DNA of 37,517 bases from an uncultured Bacillales bacterium (GTDB lineage Bacteria; Bacillota_I; Bacilli_A; RFN20; CAG-826). How positions within the stretch are numbered: position 1 is the first letter of the stretch; every line of letters starts with the position of its first letter. Below, one piece after another: positions 16,780-28,927 of the stretch. The notes below the pieces were generated by a model. The model did not search any database. It was not told the DNA's origin and was given only the letters and a program-made list of their open reading frames with translations. The stretch is taken from assembly GCA_946411895.1 (NCBI GenBank), contig CAMKFP010000003.1, positions 1 through 37,517 on the forward strand, read 5' to 3'. The translations under genes and the position numbers were made by a program.

Positions 16780-18210
16780 CTAACCGATTAAGAAGTCATC
16801 TTCGACATACCAGAAGTGGCTGTCGTTTTTAATTGATAAGTTTCTTTGGAAAATGCTTAAGAAGGTCATTGGACCAAGTCTTCCTATAAACATTAAAACA
16901 CAAAGGACGATTTTGGCGCCAACAGAATAGTAGGCTTCCGCGCCAATCATAAAGCCAACTGTGCCAAAACATGAGAACATATCAAAGAAATAGAACATCG
17001 ATGTTTCGGTTTTAATATGCGCCAATTCACCTTCTCCTAAGGCATAGCCTTTTTGTAAGCCAAAGGCGTTGAGACAGAGATAGGCAATAATTAGAGCGAT
17101 AACAACAGTGAACACCAAAGAGAGGGCCTTTAAGACCATCTTGGTGGAATAATAACGTTTAAAGGCGATAACGTTACGACCTCTTAAGTAAGAGATCATC
17201 GCTAAGAACAAAAGGAAGATAGTGGTGATTTTGATACCACCAGCAGTGCCGAGTGGGGCGCCACCAATGAACATCAACATACAGGAAATAACTTTTCCTG
17301 CCACGGATAATGAATCGCTAGAGTAGGTTGCAAAACCTGCGGTTCTGCTGGAGACGGATTGGAACAAAGCATCAAAGTAAGACATAGATCCATCACCCTT
17401 AAATCCATCAGTGAGATAGATGAGCACAGAACCAGTGACAATTAAGAAGAGAGTGCACCACAAAACAATCTTTGTAAGAGCGCTCCACTGTCTTGGTTTC
17501 TTTCTACTGGTGAATACTTCGATAATAACTAAGAAAGATATACCGCCAGTGACGATTAATAGCATCTGATAAACACAGAAATAGAAGTACATCCAGTTGC
17601 CTGTGCCTATAGCAACAACATTGTTACCGGCTGCAGCTAGGCCTCCTACATAACCGTTTTGAAGCAGATCGAATCCGGCATTATTAAAAGCAGAAATACT
17701 ATGGAATAAAGAGTACCAAATAGCTCTACTTGTATCCTTAGGGAACATCGTAAAGAAGACTGGTAAACCAAAAAGGAATCCAATGAATTCTGCAATGAAG
17801 GAAATAAGGATTAATTTACGGACAAATTTCACGACATCAGCGAAGTTGGTGGATGAAACCATCTGAGAAATAAAGTACCTATCTCTAAACTGTAACTTCC
17901 TCTTGAATAGTGTGATAAGGAAGGTTAAAACTGTAACGAAACCGAGACCGCCAATTTGGATTAAGACGGCTAAGATTACTTGTCCAGCGAAAGTGAGAGT
18001 GTTATAGACCGTATCCTTCAAGGTGGTGAGACCAGTCACACAAGTGCCGCTCACAGCAAGTAAGAAGGAATCCATATAATTTCCCCATTTTCCGCTTTTA
18101 TTGGCAAATGGCATGTTTAAGAGCAATGAGCCAATCAAAATGATGATCATGAAGGAGAGGATCACCAAGACGTATGGGTTAAAAGTGCGTTGAGATTTTA
18201 CTTTTGCCAT
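16780..18210 (-). CDS. ktrB: Potassium uptake membrane subunit KtrB/TrkH
   Basis: CVTGL, IQIGGLG, FHSISAFNNAGF, RTAGF, LMFIG, GGIK, FGTVG, MFIGRLGP. Start likely MAKVK at 18210. Confidence 0.92.
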   Translation of the reverse strand: MAKVKSQRTFNPYVLVILSFMIIILIGSLLLNMPFANKSGKWGNYMDSFLLAVSGTCVTGLTTLKDTVYNTLTFAGQVILAVLIQIGGLGFVTVLTFLITLFKRKLQFRDRYFISQMVSSTNFADVVKFVRKLILISFIAEFIGFLFGLPVFFTMFPKDTSRAIWYSLFHSISAFNNAGFDLLQNGYVGGLAAAGNNVVAIGTGNWMYFYFCVYQMLLIVTGGISFLVIIEVFTSRKKPRQWSALTKIVLWCTLFLIVTGSVLIYLTDGFKGDGSMSYFDALFQSVSSRTAGFATYSSDSLSVAGKVISCMLMFIGGAPLGTAGGIKITTIFLLFLAMISYLRGRNVIAFKRYYSTKMVLKALSLVFTVVIALIIAYLCLNAFGLQKGYALGEGELAHIKTETSMFYFFDMFSCFGTVGFMIGAEAYYSVGAKIVLCVLMFIGRLGPMTFLSIFQRNLSIKNDSHFWYVEDDFLIG

Positions 18211-18327
18211 ATGCCATATAATAAATGCTTTGTTTTTAAAAGTCAACTAGCTAGCAAATTAGAATAATTTGAAAGTAGTGTTTTCCTACGTATTTTTGCC
18301 AATGAAATAAATTTTTAGAAAAAATTG

Positions 18328-18357
18328 TTGCATTCGCATATACGCATTTGATATGAT
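18328..18357 (+). promoter_or_regulatory. rplK operon promoter
   Basis: TTGCAT, 18 nt spacer, TATGAT with a TG extension. Confidence 0.6.
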
Positions 18358-18416
18358 GTTCAAGCATGTTGCCTTCACGTATGTTGGTGTGTCGCGCATA
18401 TATGTAAACAATCGTT

Positions 18417-18452
18417 CTGTGGAAGAGTGGCGATTTCCACTCGCTTACCACA
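18417..18452 (+). promoter_or_regulatory. Putative ribosomal protein L1-binding leader
   Basis: CTGTGG-AA-GAGTGG...CCACTC-GCTTA-CCACAG stem with an asymmetric internal loop, just upstream of rplK-rplA where Firmicutes L1 operators lie. Confidence 0.6.
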
Positions 18453-18486
18453 GCACGGACAAAATACTCAAAAGGAGGTAAGTCAC

Positions 18487-18900
18487 GTGAGTAAAAAAAT
18501 CGCTAAAGTTGTGAAGATGGAACTCCCTGGTGGTGACGCAAAACCAGGTCCAAAATTAGCTTCCGCTGGCGTGAACATGGGTAAATTCTGTACCGATTTC
18601 AACGCTAAGACAGCTGATAGACGTGGACAAATCGTTCCAGTCATTATCACAGCCTATGAAGACAAATCTTATGATTTTGCCATCAAAACCTCACCAGTCG
18701 CTGGTTTAATCCTTAAAGCCGCTGGTGTTGCAAAAGGAAGTGCCACTGGCCGTAAAACCGTCATTGGTCACATCAGCAGAGCTCAATTAAGAGAAATCGC
18801 TGAGTACAAATTACCAGATCTTAACTGCAATGATATTGAGGCAGCTATGAAGATCGTGGAAGGCAGTGCCAACAATATGGGCATTGTCGTGGATGACTAA
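18487..18900 (+). CDS. rplK: 50S ribosomal protein L11
   Basis: [41 protein letters not shown] start after AAGGAGGT. Confidence 0.96.
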   Translation: MSKKIAKVVKMELPGGDAKPGPKLASAGVNMGKFCTDFNAKTADRRGQIVPVIITAYEDKSYDFAIKTSPVAGLILKAAGVAKGSATGRKTVIGHISRAQLREIAEYKLPDLNCNDIEAAMKIVEGSANNMGIVVDD

Positions 18901-18914
18901 GGAGAATCAGATTT

Positions 18915-19598
18915 ATGAAAAGAGCAAAGAAATACGTTGCCGCTTCTAGTAAAGTTGACGCTACAAAGTTATACACCATTGAAGAAGCCGCTAAATTAGT
19001 CAAAGAGACATCAACCGTGAAGTTTGATGCCACTGTCGACGTCAGCTTCAAACTCAATATCGACCCAAAACAAGCCGATCAACAAGTGAGAGGTACATTA
19101 GTTCTCCCACATGGTAACGGTAAGACCAAAGTCGTCTTAGCCATTACTGATAAAGTTGAAGACGCCAAAGCCGCTGGTGCAGATTTCGCCGGTGGTGCAG
19201 AAATGATTGAAAAAATCCAAAAGGAAAACTGGTTCGCTTACGATGTTATCGTTGCCACTCCAAATATGATGGGTGTCATTGGTAAAGTCGCTCGTGTCTT
19301 AGGTCCTAAAGGATTAATGCCAAACCCAAAAGTTGGTACAGTCAATCCAGATATCGCTAAAGCGATTAAAGAAATCAAAGCTGGTAAAGTGGAATACCGT
19401 GCCGATAAAGAAGCCAACATGCACGTATCTATCGCTAGAGTCTCCTTTGATGAAAAGAAGATTGCCGAGAACTTAACAGCCTTAGTGGAAGCCGTCTTAA
19501 AGGCCAAACCAGCAGTTGTGAAGAGCAACTACATCAAAACCGCTGTCATCCATACGACCATGGGTCCAGCTATCAACTTCACATTTAACGGTCGTTAA
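18915..19598 (+). CDS. rplA: 50S ribosomal protein L1
   Basis: [36 protein letters not shown]. Confidence 0.97.
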   Translation: MKRAKKYVAASSKVDATKLYTIEEAAKLVKETSTVKFDATVDVSFKLNIDPKQADQQVRGTLVLPHGNGKTKVVLAITDKVEDAKAAGADFAGGAEMIEKIQKENWFAYDVIVATPNMMGVIGKVARVLGPKGLMPNPKVGTVNPDIAKAIKEIKAGKVEYRADKEANMHVSIARVSFDEKKIAENLTALVEAVLKAKPAVVKSNYIKTAVIHTTMGPAINFTFNGR

Positions 19599-19616
19599 TT
19601 AAAACTTAGATTTCAA

Positions 19617-19702
19617 TATACCAAAGACAGTAACGGACGATAGTGTCTTAATAATGTTACCGAGGCGTAAGAAATAAATTTCTGCCCGTATATTGGAGCC
19701 TC
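19617..19702 (+). promoter_or_regulatory. L10 leader (rplJ autoregulatory RNA)
   Basis: CCAAAGACAGTAAC...TTAA...GTTACCGAGG...CCTC follows the L10 leader layout, between rplA and rplJ. Confidence 0.8.
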
Positions 19703-19737
19703 AAACAAACACAAAATTGAAAAGGAGGTCAAAGAAT

Positions 19738-20226
19738 ATGAATCAACAAGTCTTAGAAGCAAAGCAAAGCGTCGTCAAAGAAATCGTTAGCAAAGCTCAA
19801 GATAGTTCTTCCTTATTGATCGCCGAATACCGTGGATTAACAGTCGCCCAACTTCAAACCCTTCGTAGAGCTTTACGCGAAGAAGGCGCTGAGATGTGCG
19901 TCTATAAGAATTCCATGGCTACCCGTGCTTTCAAGGAATTAGGCTATGAAGGCTTAGACGAATATTTAAGTGGCCCAAATGCATTCTTCTTTTCTAAAGA
20001 AATTGCTAATGGTCCAAAAGTCGTCGCTAAGTATGCAAGAAGATTCGGAGACGCTCTTTCCATTAAAGGTGGTTTCGTAGAAGGCAAGGCTTTCGATAAG
20101 AAAGGAATGCTTGAAATCTCCAAATTACCTGGAAGAGAAGGTCTCATTTCCATGTTCTTATCGTGCTTACAAGCACCAATCCGTCAATTTGCTTGCACTG
20201 TGCAAGCCGTGGCGGATGCCAAATAA
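19738..20226 (+). CDS. rplJ: 50S ribosomal protein L10
   Basis: EYRGLTVAQLQTLR, VYKN, LSGP, IKGG, KLPGREGL; AAGGAGG SD before ATG 19738. Confidence 0.96.
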   Translation: MNQQVLEAKQSVVKEIVSKAQDSSSLLIAEYRGLTVAQLQTLRRALREEGAEMCVYKNSMATRAFKELGYEGLDEYLSGPNAFFFSKEIANGPKVVAKYARRFGDALSIKGGFVEGKAFDKKGMLEISKLPGREGLISMFLSCLQAPIRQFACTVQAVADAK

Positions 20227-20249
20227 TGCCAATTTAGGAGGAAATAATT

Positions 20250-20627
20250 ATGGCAAAGTTAACACAAGAAGAAATCATCGCGGCCTTAAAAGAAATGACC
20301 GTCGTTGAACTTAATGAATTAGTCAAAGCAGTCGAAGCCGAATTCGGTGTCACCGCTGCTGCTCCAGTTGCAGTTGCTGCTGCTCCTGCTGAAGAAGAAG
20401 GCCCAGCCGCTGGCCCAGCCGAAGTCTCTTTATTAGTTACTTCCGTTGGTGCAAGCAAGGTCCAAGTCATCAAAGCTGTTCAAGCTATCACTGGCTTAGG
20501 CTTAATGGATGCCAAGAAGCTCATCGATGCTCTTCCAGCGACAATTAAGGAACACATTTCCCCAGTCGAAGCTGAAGAACACAAGAAAGCTCTTGTCGCC
20601 GCTGGCGCTGAATGCGAAATTAAATAA
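20250..20627 (+). CDS. rplL: 50S ribosomal protein L7/L12
   Basis: LNELVKAVEAEFGVTAAAPV, KVQVIKAV, TGLGLMDAKKL. Confidence 0.97.
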   Translation: MAKLTQEEIIAALKEMTVVELNELVKAVEAEFGVTAAAPVAVAAAPAEEEGPAAGPAEVSLLVTSVGASKVQVIKAVQAITGLGLMDAKKLIDALPATIKEHISPVEAEEHKKALVAAGAECEIK

Positions 20628-20662
20628 TTTAATTTCAAACTATTATTATCTTTGAGGTAAAT

Positions 20663-21268
20663 ATGGCCCAATACTTCCAAAATGACCCTTCTATTGCGTC
20701 TAAAGAAAGAGAGATCAGCTTTGAAATTGCGGGGCAAAAAATTAACTTATTTACCGATAATGGAGTATTCTCCAAATCTCAAGTTGATGAGGGGAGTCTG
20801 GCCTTTTTAAAGGTTTTAGTCCCCCTCCAACTGAGGGGAGAAGTACTCGATCTAGGATGCGGTTATGGCACTATTGGCTTAACTATTGCCTTAACTTCAC
20901 CTGCGGCAAGGGTCACCCTTGCTGATATTAATACGCGCGCTGTCGCGTTATGCGAGAAGAACGCGAAAAAACTTGGATTAAGCCAAAGAGTTACTGTCCT
21001 TCAAAGTGACATCTATGAAAAGATTGAAGGTCCATATCATGTAATTGTTATTAATCCCCCCATCAGAGCAGGAAAGAAAGTGACTTATGCGATGTATGAG
21101 GGTGCAAGACAATATTTGATTGATGGCGGCTCGTTATATATCGTGATACGAAAAGCCCAAGGCGCGAAAAGTGCCAGTGAGTATATCCAAAAATTGTTTG
21201 GAAATATCACTCTTCTGAAAAGAGATAAAGGCTATTACATCTATCAGGCTATAAAGAGCGAAAACTAA
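20663..21268 (+). CDS. Class I SAM-dependent methyltransferase (YbxB/RsmC-like)
   Basis: [23 protein letters not shown], KxQGA, KGY; Bacilli position between rplL and rpoB. Confidence 0.9.
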   Translation: MAQYFQNDPSIASKEREISFEIAGQKINLFTDNGVFSKSQVDEGSLAFLKVLVPLQLRGEVLDLGCGYGTIGLTIALTSPAARVTLADINTRAVALCEKNAKKLGLSQRVTVLQSDIYEKIEGPYHVIVINPPIRAGKKVTYAMYEGARQYLIDGGSLYIVIRKAQGAKSASEYIQKLFGNITLLKRDKGYYIYQAIKSEN

Positions 21269-21287
21269 TTGTAAAGGAGCCATTATA

Positions 21288-24200
21288 ATGTCTAGAAACA
21301 TCACAGACTTAAAGAAACTCAATAACGATCGATATGATTATTCCCGAGTCAGTGGTAAACTCCCACTTCCTAATCTCGTGGAAATCCAGACCAAGTCATA
21401 TCAAGAATTCATTGAAAAAGGCTTGGATGATGTCTTCAAAGAGTCTTTCCCTATTTATAACTATACGGAAACACTCGCTATTGAATACGTCTCACTCCGT
21501 TATGGTGAACCAAAGCATTCACTTTTAGAATGCAAAGCGCAAGATTTGACTTATGAGCGTCCAATTTATGTGACTGTGCGTTTAGAACGCAAAGACAACA
21601 ATGAAATTCAAGAGAGTGAAGTCTATATGGGTACAATTCCATTAATGACAAACTCAGGAACATTCATCGTCAATGGTGCGGAAAGAGTTATCGTTAGCCA
21701 AATCGTCCGTTCCCCTGGTGCGTATCTCTCTAAAGAGATGAAAGCCGGAAAATATCTTTACGAAGCTGACCTCATTCCTGGTAGAGGAACATGGTTACAA
21801 TTCGAAAGTGATAACAAAGATCTCTTAAGCGTTCGTATTGACCGCGCTAAGAAGATGAGAGCGAGTTTAATTCTCCGCGCCATCGGCTTAGAAAATGATG
21901 AAGATATCTTAAAATTGTTTGGCAAAAATGCAGCGTTAAAATTAACGCTTGATAAAGATGATGATTTGCAAGCCAAGACTACTAGAGGTGCCCTTGTTGA
22001 AATCTTTAGAAAGATGAAACCAGGCGAACCTATCACCGAAGAAGGTACAATCAACTATCTCGTACAAAAATTCTTTGATGATAAGAGATATGACCTCGGT
22101 AGAGCTGGCCGTTACAAATATATTAAAAAACTCGGCATCTATAACCGTTTAGCTGGCCGTATCTTAGCGGAAAACTTAGTTTCTGCGGATGGCGAAGTCA
22201 GATTTAAGAAGGGTTATCAACTCACCGTTGAAGATGTCGAAAACTTAAGAAATGAAGACTTCTTTGAAAAAGGTGCTCATACATTAGTTATTAAAACTAA
22301 TGAACGTATTGACACACACGGCACAATCAACTTAGTCAAAGTCTACAATAACGAAAAAGAAAAGAAAGAATGTCACATCATCGGTACTGATTTAAATAGC
22401 ACCGCGACAACTGTGACCATCAGCGATATCTTAGCTGTTTTCTCCTATTTCCTTAACGTTATGGAAGGCTTTGGTGATACCGATGATATCGACCACTTAG
22501 GCAATCGTCGTATCAAATGCGTTGGTGAACTTATCCAAAATCAATTCCGTATTGGTTTAGGTAAGATGATCAAAACCGTGCAACAAAAGATGTCTATTTC
22601 CGATATCGGAAATATCAAACCAAAGGCTTTGATGAATCCTCGCCCACTCACTGCAGCGGTGAGAGAATTCTTCGCCTCTTCTCAACTCTCTCAATTCATG
22701 GATCAAACCAACCCATTAGCAGAGTTAACCAATAAGAGAAGAATTTCCGCTTTAGGTCCTGGTGGTTTAACTAGAGATAGAGCTTCTACCGAAGTGCGTG
22801 ACGTTCACGTCTCACACTACGGCAGAATTTGTCCAATTGAAACACCTGAAGGCCAAAACATCGGTTTGATTAACAACCTCGCGAGCTACGCGAAAGTTAA
22901 TAAATATGGATTTATAGAAACTCCATACCGTCGTGTTGATAAAGAGACACGTCGCGTCTTAAGCGAAGCTGATGATTCCGTTTATTTATCCGCGGATGAA
23001 GAATGGAACTATGTCATCGCTGAAGCAAACATTAATTTAGGTCCTAATGGAGAAATCTTAGACGAACAAGTCGTCGCTCGATATAAGGGTGAAAACATTA
23101 TGGCGGATAGAGAAGAAGTTGACTTTGTCGACGTCTCTCCAAAACAGATTGTCTCAATCGCCGCTGGCTGTATTCCATTCTTAGAGAATGACGATACCAT
23201 GAGAGCCCTTATGGGTAGTAACATGCAACGTCAAGCTCTCCCATTACTTAGACCAACAGCGCCACTCGTTGGTACTGGTTTAGAGCATCAAATCGCTCGT
23301 GATAGTGGACTTGCGGTTGTCGCTAGTGAAGATGGTGTTGTCACTTACACTGATTCACGCGAAATCGAAGTTTTAGAGACCGGTAAAAAGGAACCTCACG
23401 TCTATCACTTACAAAAGTTTGAACGTTCTAACCAAGGTACATGTATCAATCAAAAATCCATTGTTAAAGTGGGTGACAAAGTGAAAAAAGGCCAAATCAT
23501 CGCTGATGGTCCTGCTATGCAAAACGGTGACCTCGCGCTTGGTCAAAACGTCACAATCGCCTTCATGACATGGAATGGTTATAACTATGAAGACGCTGTC
23601 ATCATGTCTGAAAGACTCGTCAAAGATGACGTCTATACATCCGTTCATATTGAAAAATATGAATTAGAATGCCGTAGCATTCCAAAACTCGGCGATGAAG
23701 AAATCACCGCCGATATTCCTAACGTCTCTACTGAAGCGAAAGCTCACTTAGACGAAAGAGGTATTGTCATTCCTGGTACAGAAGTTAAGGAAGGCGATAT
23801 CTTAGTCGGTAAAGTCACTCCACGTGGCTTAACTGAGCCAAGCCCAGAAGAAAAGATCTTAATGGCTATCTTTGGTGATAAGACCAATGAAGGTAAAGAC
23901 GCTTCCTTACGTGTTCCTCATGGTGGCGCGGGTATCGTTTTAGATGTTAAGATCTTCAAAAACGACGGAAAGAACAAAGACTATGAACTTCCAAAGGGAG
24001 TCAATGAAGTCGTCCGTGTCTATATCGTCCAAAAGAGAAAGATCTCTGAAGGTGATAAGATGTCTGGCCGTCACGGTAATAAGGGTGTTATTTCCCGTAT
24101 CTTACCAGAAGCCGATATGCCATTCCTTCCAGATGGCACACCTATTGACATCATGCTCAACCCACTCGGCGTTCCTAGCCGTATGAATATTGGTCAGATT

Positions 24201-24896
24201 CTTGAAGTTCACTTAGGCTATGCCTTAAAGAAACTCGGCTATAAGATAGCCACTCCAGTTTTCGATGGTATTACCAATGAAGAAATCTTCGAGATGATGG
24301 AAAAGGCCAAAATGGATAAAGATGGTAAAACCATTCTTTATGATGGTACAACCGGTGAGAGATTCGATGAGAGAATCACTGTCGGATGTATGTATATGAT
24401 TAAACTCGTCCACATGGTCGATGATAAATTACACGCTCGTGCGACTGGTCCATATAGCTTAGTCACACAACAACCACTCGGTGGTAAAGCGCAAAATGGT
24501 GGTCAAAGATTTGGTGAAATGGAAGTCTGGGCTCTTGAAGCCTATGGCGCCGCTCACGTCTTACAAGAAATCATCACTGTTAAATCCGATGACCGTGTCG
24601 GTAGAAGAAAGACTTATGAGGCCATTATTAAGGGTCAAACCTTACCAAAACCAGGCATCCCAGAAGCTTTCCGAGTTTTAGTTAAAGAATTACAAGCCTT
24701 ATCAATGAATGTTGAACTCTTAGATCAAGAAGGACGCGACATTGATATGGATGCTCTTGCAAAAGAAGCAGAAAAAGAAGAAAGAAAGATCAATAGTGCT
24801 ATCCGTAACCTTACAGGTGAAGGCGCTGTGGAAAGTGTCGTCGAAACCGAGGGCATGACCGCCAGAACCGCCGCGGAAGACCGCTATGATGATTAA
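21288..24896 (+). CDS. rpoB: RNA polymerase beta subunit
   Basis: [64 protein letters not shown]. Confidence 0.99.
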   Translation: MSRNITDLKKLNNDRYDYSRVSGKLPLPNLVEIQTKSYQEFIEKGLDDVFKESFPIYNYTETLAIEYVSLRYGEPKHSLLECKAQDLTYERPIYVTVRLERKDNNEIQESEVYMGTIPLMTNSGTFIVNGAERVIVSQIVRSPGAYLSKEMKAGKYLYEADLIPGRGTWLQFESDNKDLLSVRIDRAKKMRASLILRAIGLENDEDILKLFGKNAALKLTLDKDDDLQAKTTRGALVEIFRKMKPGEPITEEGTINYLVQKFFDDKRYDLGRAGRYKYIKKLGIYNRLAGRILAENLVSADGEVRFKKGYQLTVEDVENLRNEDFFEKGAHTLVIKTNERIDTHGTINLVKVYNNEKEKKECHIIGTDLNSTATTVTISDILAVFSYFLNVMEGFGDTDDIDHLGNRRIKCVGELIQNQFRIGLGKMIKTVQQKMSISDIGNIKPKALMNPRPLTAAVREFFASSQLSQFMDQTNPLAELTNKRRISALGPGGLTRDRASTEVRDVHVSHYGRICPIETPEGQNIGLINNLASYAKVNKYGFIETPYRRVDKETRRVLSEADDSVYLSADEEWNYVIAEANINLGPNGEILDEQVVARYKGENIMADREEVDFVDVSPKQIVSIAAGCIPFLENDDTMRALMGSNMQRQALPLLRPTAPLVGTGLEHQIARDSGLAVVASEDGVVTYTDSREIEVLETGKKEPHVYHLQKFERSNQGTCINQKSIVKVGDKVKKGQIIADGPAMQNGDLALGQNVTIAFMTWNGYNYEDAVIMSERLVKDDVYTSVHIEKYELECRSIPKLGDEEITADIPNVSTEAKAHLDERGIVIPGTEVKEGDILVGKVTPRGLTEPSPEEKILMAIFGDKTNEGKDASLRVPHGGAGIVLDVKIFKNDGKNKDYELPKGVNEVVRVYIVQKRKISEGDKMSGRHGNKGVISRILPEADMPFLPDGTPIDIMLNPLGVPSRMNIGQILEVHLGYALKKLGYKIATPVFDGITNEEIFEMMEKAKMDKDGKTILYDGTTGERFDERITVGCMYMIKLVHMVDDKLHARATGPYSLVTQQPLGGKAQNGGQRFGEMEVWALEAYGAAHVLQEIITVKSDDRVGRRKTYEAIIKGQTLPKPGIPEAFRVLVKELQALSMNVELLDQEGRDIDMDALAKEAEKEERKINSAIRNLTGEGAVESVVETEGMTARTAAEDRYDD

Positions 24897-24914
24897 TGAA
24901 AGGAGAAAATAGTC

Positions 24915-27900
24915 ATGTTTGATGTAAAAAGATTAACTGCTATCAAAGTGAGCTTAGCTTCTCCTGAAGCCATCCGTGGCTGGAGCCATGGTGAGGTCAC
25001 TAAACCTGAAACCATTAACTATCGTAGCCAAAAGCCAGAAATGCAGGGCTTGTACTGCGAAAAGATCTTTGGTCCTGCTAAGGACTATGAATGCCATTGT
25101 GGTAAATATAAGAAGATTAGACATGCTGGTGTCGTCTGTGAAAAGTGCGGCGTCGAAGTCACTTCTAAAGAAGTGCGTAGAGAGAGAATGGGTCATATTG
25201 AACTCGCCTCTCCTTGCACCCACATCTGGTATCTTAAGGGCATTCCAAGCCGTATCGGCTTAGTGCTCAACATTTCTCCTAAACACTTAGAAGAAATCGT
25301 CTATTACGCCGCCCACATTTGTTTAAATGCGGGTAACTCTAAGATTCTCACTTACCGTGAATTCATTAACGAAAGAAATGGTAGAGATGTCTTTATCCCT
25401 GTCATGAAGGAAATCTTAGACCGCGCGGATGAATTTAATTTATACCCAGAGAGCGATGATTATAACCGCATTTTAGAATTAATCGCGAAGTTAGAAAATC
25501 ACTCCGAAGTCTTTGACTTCCAATCTAACGCTAGAATGGCTAATAAGTACCTCAAAGCCGAATTCGGTGAAGGTGCCGCCGCCATTAAGCGTTTATTAAC
25601 CGAAGTCAATATCGACGAAGAAATCGAAAAACTCTCTTCTTCTATGAAAGAAGCGAGCTCCGTTTCCCGTCCAAAACTCACCAAGAGACTTGAAGTCTTA
25701 GAGGCTTTTAAAAAGTCCTCTAACAAACCTGAATGGATGGTCTTAGATGTCGTTCCAGTCATTCCACCAGATTTACGTCCAATGCTTCAACTCGATGGTG
25801 GTAGATTCGCCACTTCTGACTTAAACGATTTATATAGAAGAGTGATCTCCCGTAATAATCGTTTAAAGAAGTTGATCGATATGAACTCTCCTGACGTTAT
25901 GCTCAATAACGAAAAACGTATGCTTCAAGAAGCTGTTGACGCGTTAATTGATAACGGCAGAAGAAATAAACCAGTCCAAGGTCCTGGTGGAAGAGCTCTT
26001 AAGAGCTTAAGCAGCGCTCTTAAAGGTAAACAAGGTAGATTTAGACAAAATTTACTTGGTAAACGTGTCGACTACTCTGGTCGTTCCGTTATCGCTGTTG
26101 GTCCATTCTTAAAGATGTATCAATGTGGTTTACCAAGAGAAATGGCGATTCAATTACTCCGTCCATTTATCGCTTGTGAACTCTTAAAAAGAGGCATCGC
26201 TAACGCGCATAGACAAGCCGACAAGATTATCGATAGATATGAAAACGTCGTCTTTGATATCGTTGAAGAGATTATCTCTAAACACCCAGTCTTATTGAAC
26301 CGTGCTCCAACACTTCATAGACTTGGTATTCAAGCTTTCCAACCAATCTTGGTTGATGGTCGTGCCATCAGATTACACCCACTCGTTTGTACTGGCTTTA
26401 ACGCCGACTTCGACGGTGACCAAATGGCCGTCCACGTCCCATTAAGTAAGGCTGCTCAAGAAGAAGCTCTTCACTTAATGCTTGCTAGTAATAACATCCT
26501 TGGTCCAAAAGATGGAAAACCAATCGTTACTCCATCTCAAGACATGGTTATTGGTAACTACTATTTAACCACTGAAGAGACCAAAGAAGACTTCCTTAAC
26601 CGCGCTAAAGAATTACGCGCTAGAGGAGACGAAGAAGAAGCCGAACGCTACGAGCTTTATGCCGCTAGTGAGGGTAAAGTCTTCCGTACAGTCGATGATG
26701 TTTTACTCGCTTATCAAACAAAACAAGTCCACCTTCATAACCGTATTGCCATCCTCGGTAGTGCGATGATGAAGAAAGAATGGAATGAAGAGAAGAACAA
26801 ATCCTACTTATTAACATCTGTTGGTAAAGTGATTTTCAACCTCATCTTCCCAAGTGACTTCCCATATCTTAACGAAGTAACCGCTTCCTCTTTAAGTGGA
26901 AATGGTGCGGCTTTTGCTAAAGATTTCGCGCCAAAAGGCAGCAATATTAAAGAAATCTTTGCTTCTAGACCTATCTATCCTCCATTTAAGAAGAAGAATC
27001 TTGGAAAGATCATTAACGAGATCTTCCAACGTTACGATCGTCAAGGCATCTCTAAGACAAGCGCGGTCCTTGATAAAATCAAAGACCAAGGCTTCCATTA
27101 CTCCACAGTGGCTGGCTTATCCATCTCCTTAGATGATATCCACATGGTGCAGGGTAAAGAGGAAATCTTAAAACGCGGTGATGAAAAAGTCGCCAAACTT
27201 AGAGAAATGTATGAAATGGGTCTTCTCACCAATGAAGAACGTTATAAACACGTGATTCAAGTTTGGAATGGTGTGAAGGATGAAGTTCAATCCAAACTTC
27301 AAAATCAATTCAATAAAGATCCACGTAACCCAATCTTCATGATGTCCGATTCCGGTGCTCGTGGTAACATCTCTAACATCCTTCAATTAGCCGGTATGAG
27401 AGGCCTCATGGGTTCTACAACTGGTGAAGCCGTTGAATTACCTGTTAAGAGCTGCTTCCGTGAAGGTATGAACGTGTCCGAGTTCTTTATTGCGACGCAT
27501 GGTGCCCGTAAGGGTGGTGCTGATACCGCGTTAAAGACCGCTGACTCAGGTTATTTAACTAGAAGACTTGTTGACGTTTCTCAAGACGTTATCGTTAGAG
27601 AAGAAGACTGTGGCACTGACCATGGCTTTGTCGTGAAAGAAATTAGAGATACCGCCCAAAACGCTGTCATCGTCAAACTCCAAGATAGATTAGTTGGCCG
27701 TTTCTCTTTAAGAGAAATTGTCAATCCAACTACTGGAGAAGTGATTGTTCCTGCTAATAAGATGATTAATGAGGAACAAGCAGAAGCCATCGTTAACGCT
27801 GGTATTAAAGAAGTGGAAATCAGAAGCTTATTTGGTTGTGAAACCAAAGATGGCGTCTGTGTCCATTGCTATGGACGTAACCTTGCCACTGGTAGAACTG

Positions 27901-28841
27901 TTAAAGTTGGTGAAGCAGTTGGTATTATGGCGGCTCAATCCATTGGTGAACCAGGTACTCAATTAACCATGAGAACCTTCCACACAGGCGGCGTTGCTGG
28001 CTCTGATATTACTCAAGGTTTACCTCGTGTTCAGGAATTATTTGAAGCAAGAACTCCAAAGGGCGAAGCTTTAATCTCTGAAATCCCAGGTAAAGTTACC
28101 AAGATTGAAGAAAAGAATGGTTGTTACTTAGTAACAGTCAAAAACGATCTTGAAGAAAAGACTTATACAACTGCTTTCGGTGCTCGTTTAAGAGTCAAGA
28201 AGGGCGACACCGTCAAGAGTGGTGGTAAGATCACCGAAGGTGCTATTTCACCTAAGAAGTTACTTGAAGTCGCTGACATCACTTCTGTAGAGAACTACAT
28301 CTTAAAAGAAGTAAGAAAAGTCTATAGCGCCCAAGATATCGCTATTAGTGATAAGCACATCGAGGTTATCGTTAGACAAATGCTTAGAAAAGTGTTCGTT
28401 ATCGACGCTGGTGATACCGATATGATCTCTGGAACAAGAGTGAATATCAACACATTCACCGCGAAGAACAATCAAGCTTTGCTTGAAGGCAAAAAACCTG
28501 CCGTCTTCTCTCCACTTGTCTTAGGTATTACCAAGGCTGCTCTTGAAACAGAAAGCTTCTTATCTGCGGCTTCCTTCCAAGAAACCACCCGTGTCCTTAC
28601 CGATGCGGCCATTAAAGGAAAGACTGACTACTTACATGGCTTAAAAGAAAACGTCATTACTGGTCACCTTATCCCAGCCGGTCGTGGTTTATTAACCGAA
28701 GAGGAAGAAGATGCTATCTTAGATGGCTTCTCTGTTGAAGGCACGATGAAAGAAGTCTCCGACCGTTACGTCGAAGAGCATGACCGTGTCATCAGCGAGA
28801 TTCAAGATAAGATCAAAGCGGCTGAGGAAACTCATAAATAA
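24915..28841 (+). CDS. rpoC: RNA polymerase beta' subunit
   Basis: N-terminal Zn finger, NADFDGDQM active site, GARKG..DTA.KTA bridge helix, [15 protein letters not shown]. Confidence 0.99.
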   Translation: MFDVKRLTAIKVSLASPEAIRGWSHGEVTKPETINYRSQKPEMQGLYCEKIFGPAKDYECHCGKYKKIRHAGVVCEKCGVEVTSKEVRRERMGHIELASPCTHIWYLKGIPSRIGLVLNISPKHLEEIVYYAAHICLNAGNSKILTYREFINERNGRDVFIPVMKEILDRADEFNLYPESDDYNRILELIAKLENHSEVFDFQSNARMANKYLKAEFGEGAAAIKRLLTEVNIDEEIEKLSSSMKEASSVSRPKLTKRLEVLEAFKKSSNKPEWMVLDVVPVIPPDLRPMLQLDGGRFATSDLNDLYRRVISRNNRLKKLIDMNSPDVMLNNEKRMLQEAVDALIDNGRRNKPVQGPGGRALKSLSSALKGKQGRFRQNLLGKRVDYSGRSVIAVGPFLKMYQCGLPREMAIQLLRPFIACELLKRGIANAHRQADKIIDRYENVVFDIVEEIISKHPVLLNRAPTLHRLGIQAFQPILVDGRAIRLHPLVCTGFNADFDGDQMAVHVPLSKAAQEEALHLMLASNNILGPKDGKPIVTPSQDMVIGNYYLTTEETKEDFLNRAKELRARGDEEEAERYELYAASEGKVFRTVDDVLLAYQTKQVHLHNRIAILGSAMMKKEWNEEKNKSYLLTSVGKVIFNLIFPSDFPYLNEVTASSLSGNGAAFAKDFAPKGSNIKEIFASRPIYPPFKKKNLGKIINEIFQRYDRQGISKTSAVLDKIKDQGFHYSTVAGLSISLDDIHMVQGKEEILKRGDEKVAKLREMYEMGLLTNEERYKHVIQVWNGVKDEVQSKLQNQFNKDPRNPIFMMSDSGARGNISNILQLAGMRGLMGSTTGEAVELPVKSCFREGMNVSEFFIATHGARKGGADTALKTADSGYLTRRLVDVSQDVIVREEDCGTDHGFVVKEIRDTAQNAVIVKLQDRLVGRFSLREIVNPTTGEVIVPANKMINEEQAEAIVNAGIKEVEIRSLFGCETKDGVCVHCYGRNLATGRTVKVGEAVGIMAAQSIGEPGTQLTMRTFHTGGVAGSDITQGLPRVQELFEARTPKGEALISEIPGKVTKIEEKNGCYLVTVKNDLEEKTYTTAFGARLRVKKGDTVKSGGKITEGAISPKKLLEVADITSVENYILKEVRKVYSAQDIAISDKHIEVIVRQMLRKVFVIDAGDTDMISGTRVNINTFTAKNNQALLEGKKPAVFSPLVLGITKAALETESFLSAASFQETTRVLTDAAIKGKTDYLHGLKENVITGHLIPAGRGLLTEEEEDAILDGFSVEGTMKEVSDRYVEEHDRVISEIQDKIKAAEETHK

Positions 28842-28849
28842 CTTCCAAT

Positions 28850-28880
28850 AAGCTCTAGAGAAATCTAGGGCTTTTTTGTT
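28850..28880 (+). terminator. rpoC terminator
   Basis: AAGCTCTAGA-GAAA-TCTAGGGCTT followed by Ts. Confidence 0.8.
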
Positions 28881-28927
28881 GTTATATTTTGTCTTTTTAT
28901 ATGTATTACAATACAATATATATCAAC

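Noticed and set aside
20400-20421. Short duplication GGCCCAGCCG in rplL
   Set aside because: It simply encodes the low-complexity GPAAGPA hinge.
21288-28841. Numerous short antisense and alternate-frame ORFs inside rpoB/rpoC and other core genes; possible inteins or introns
   Set aside because: These are shadow ORFs of biased codon usage. Both subunits are of normal length, with no intein or intron signatures seen.
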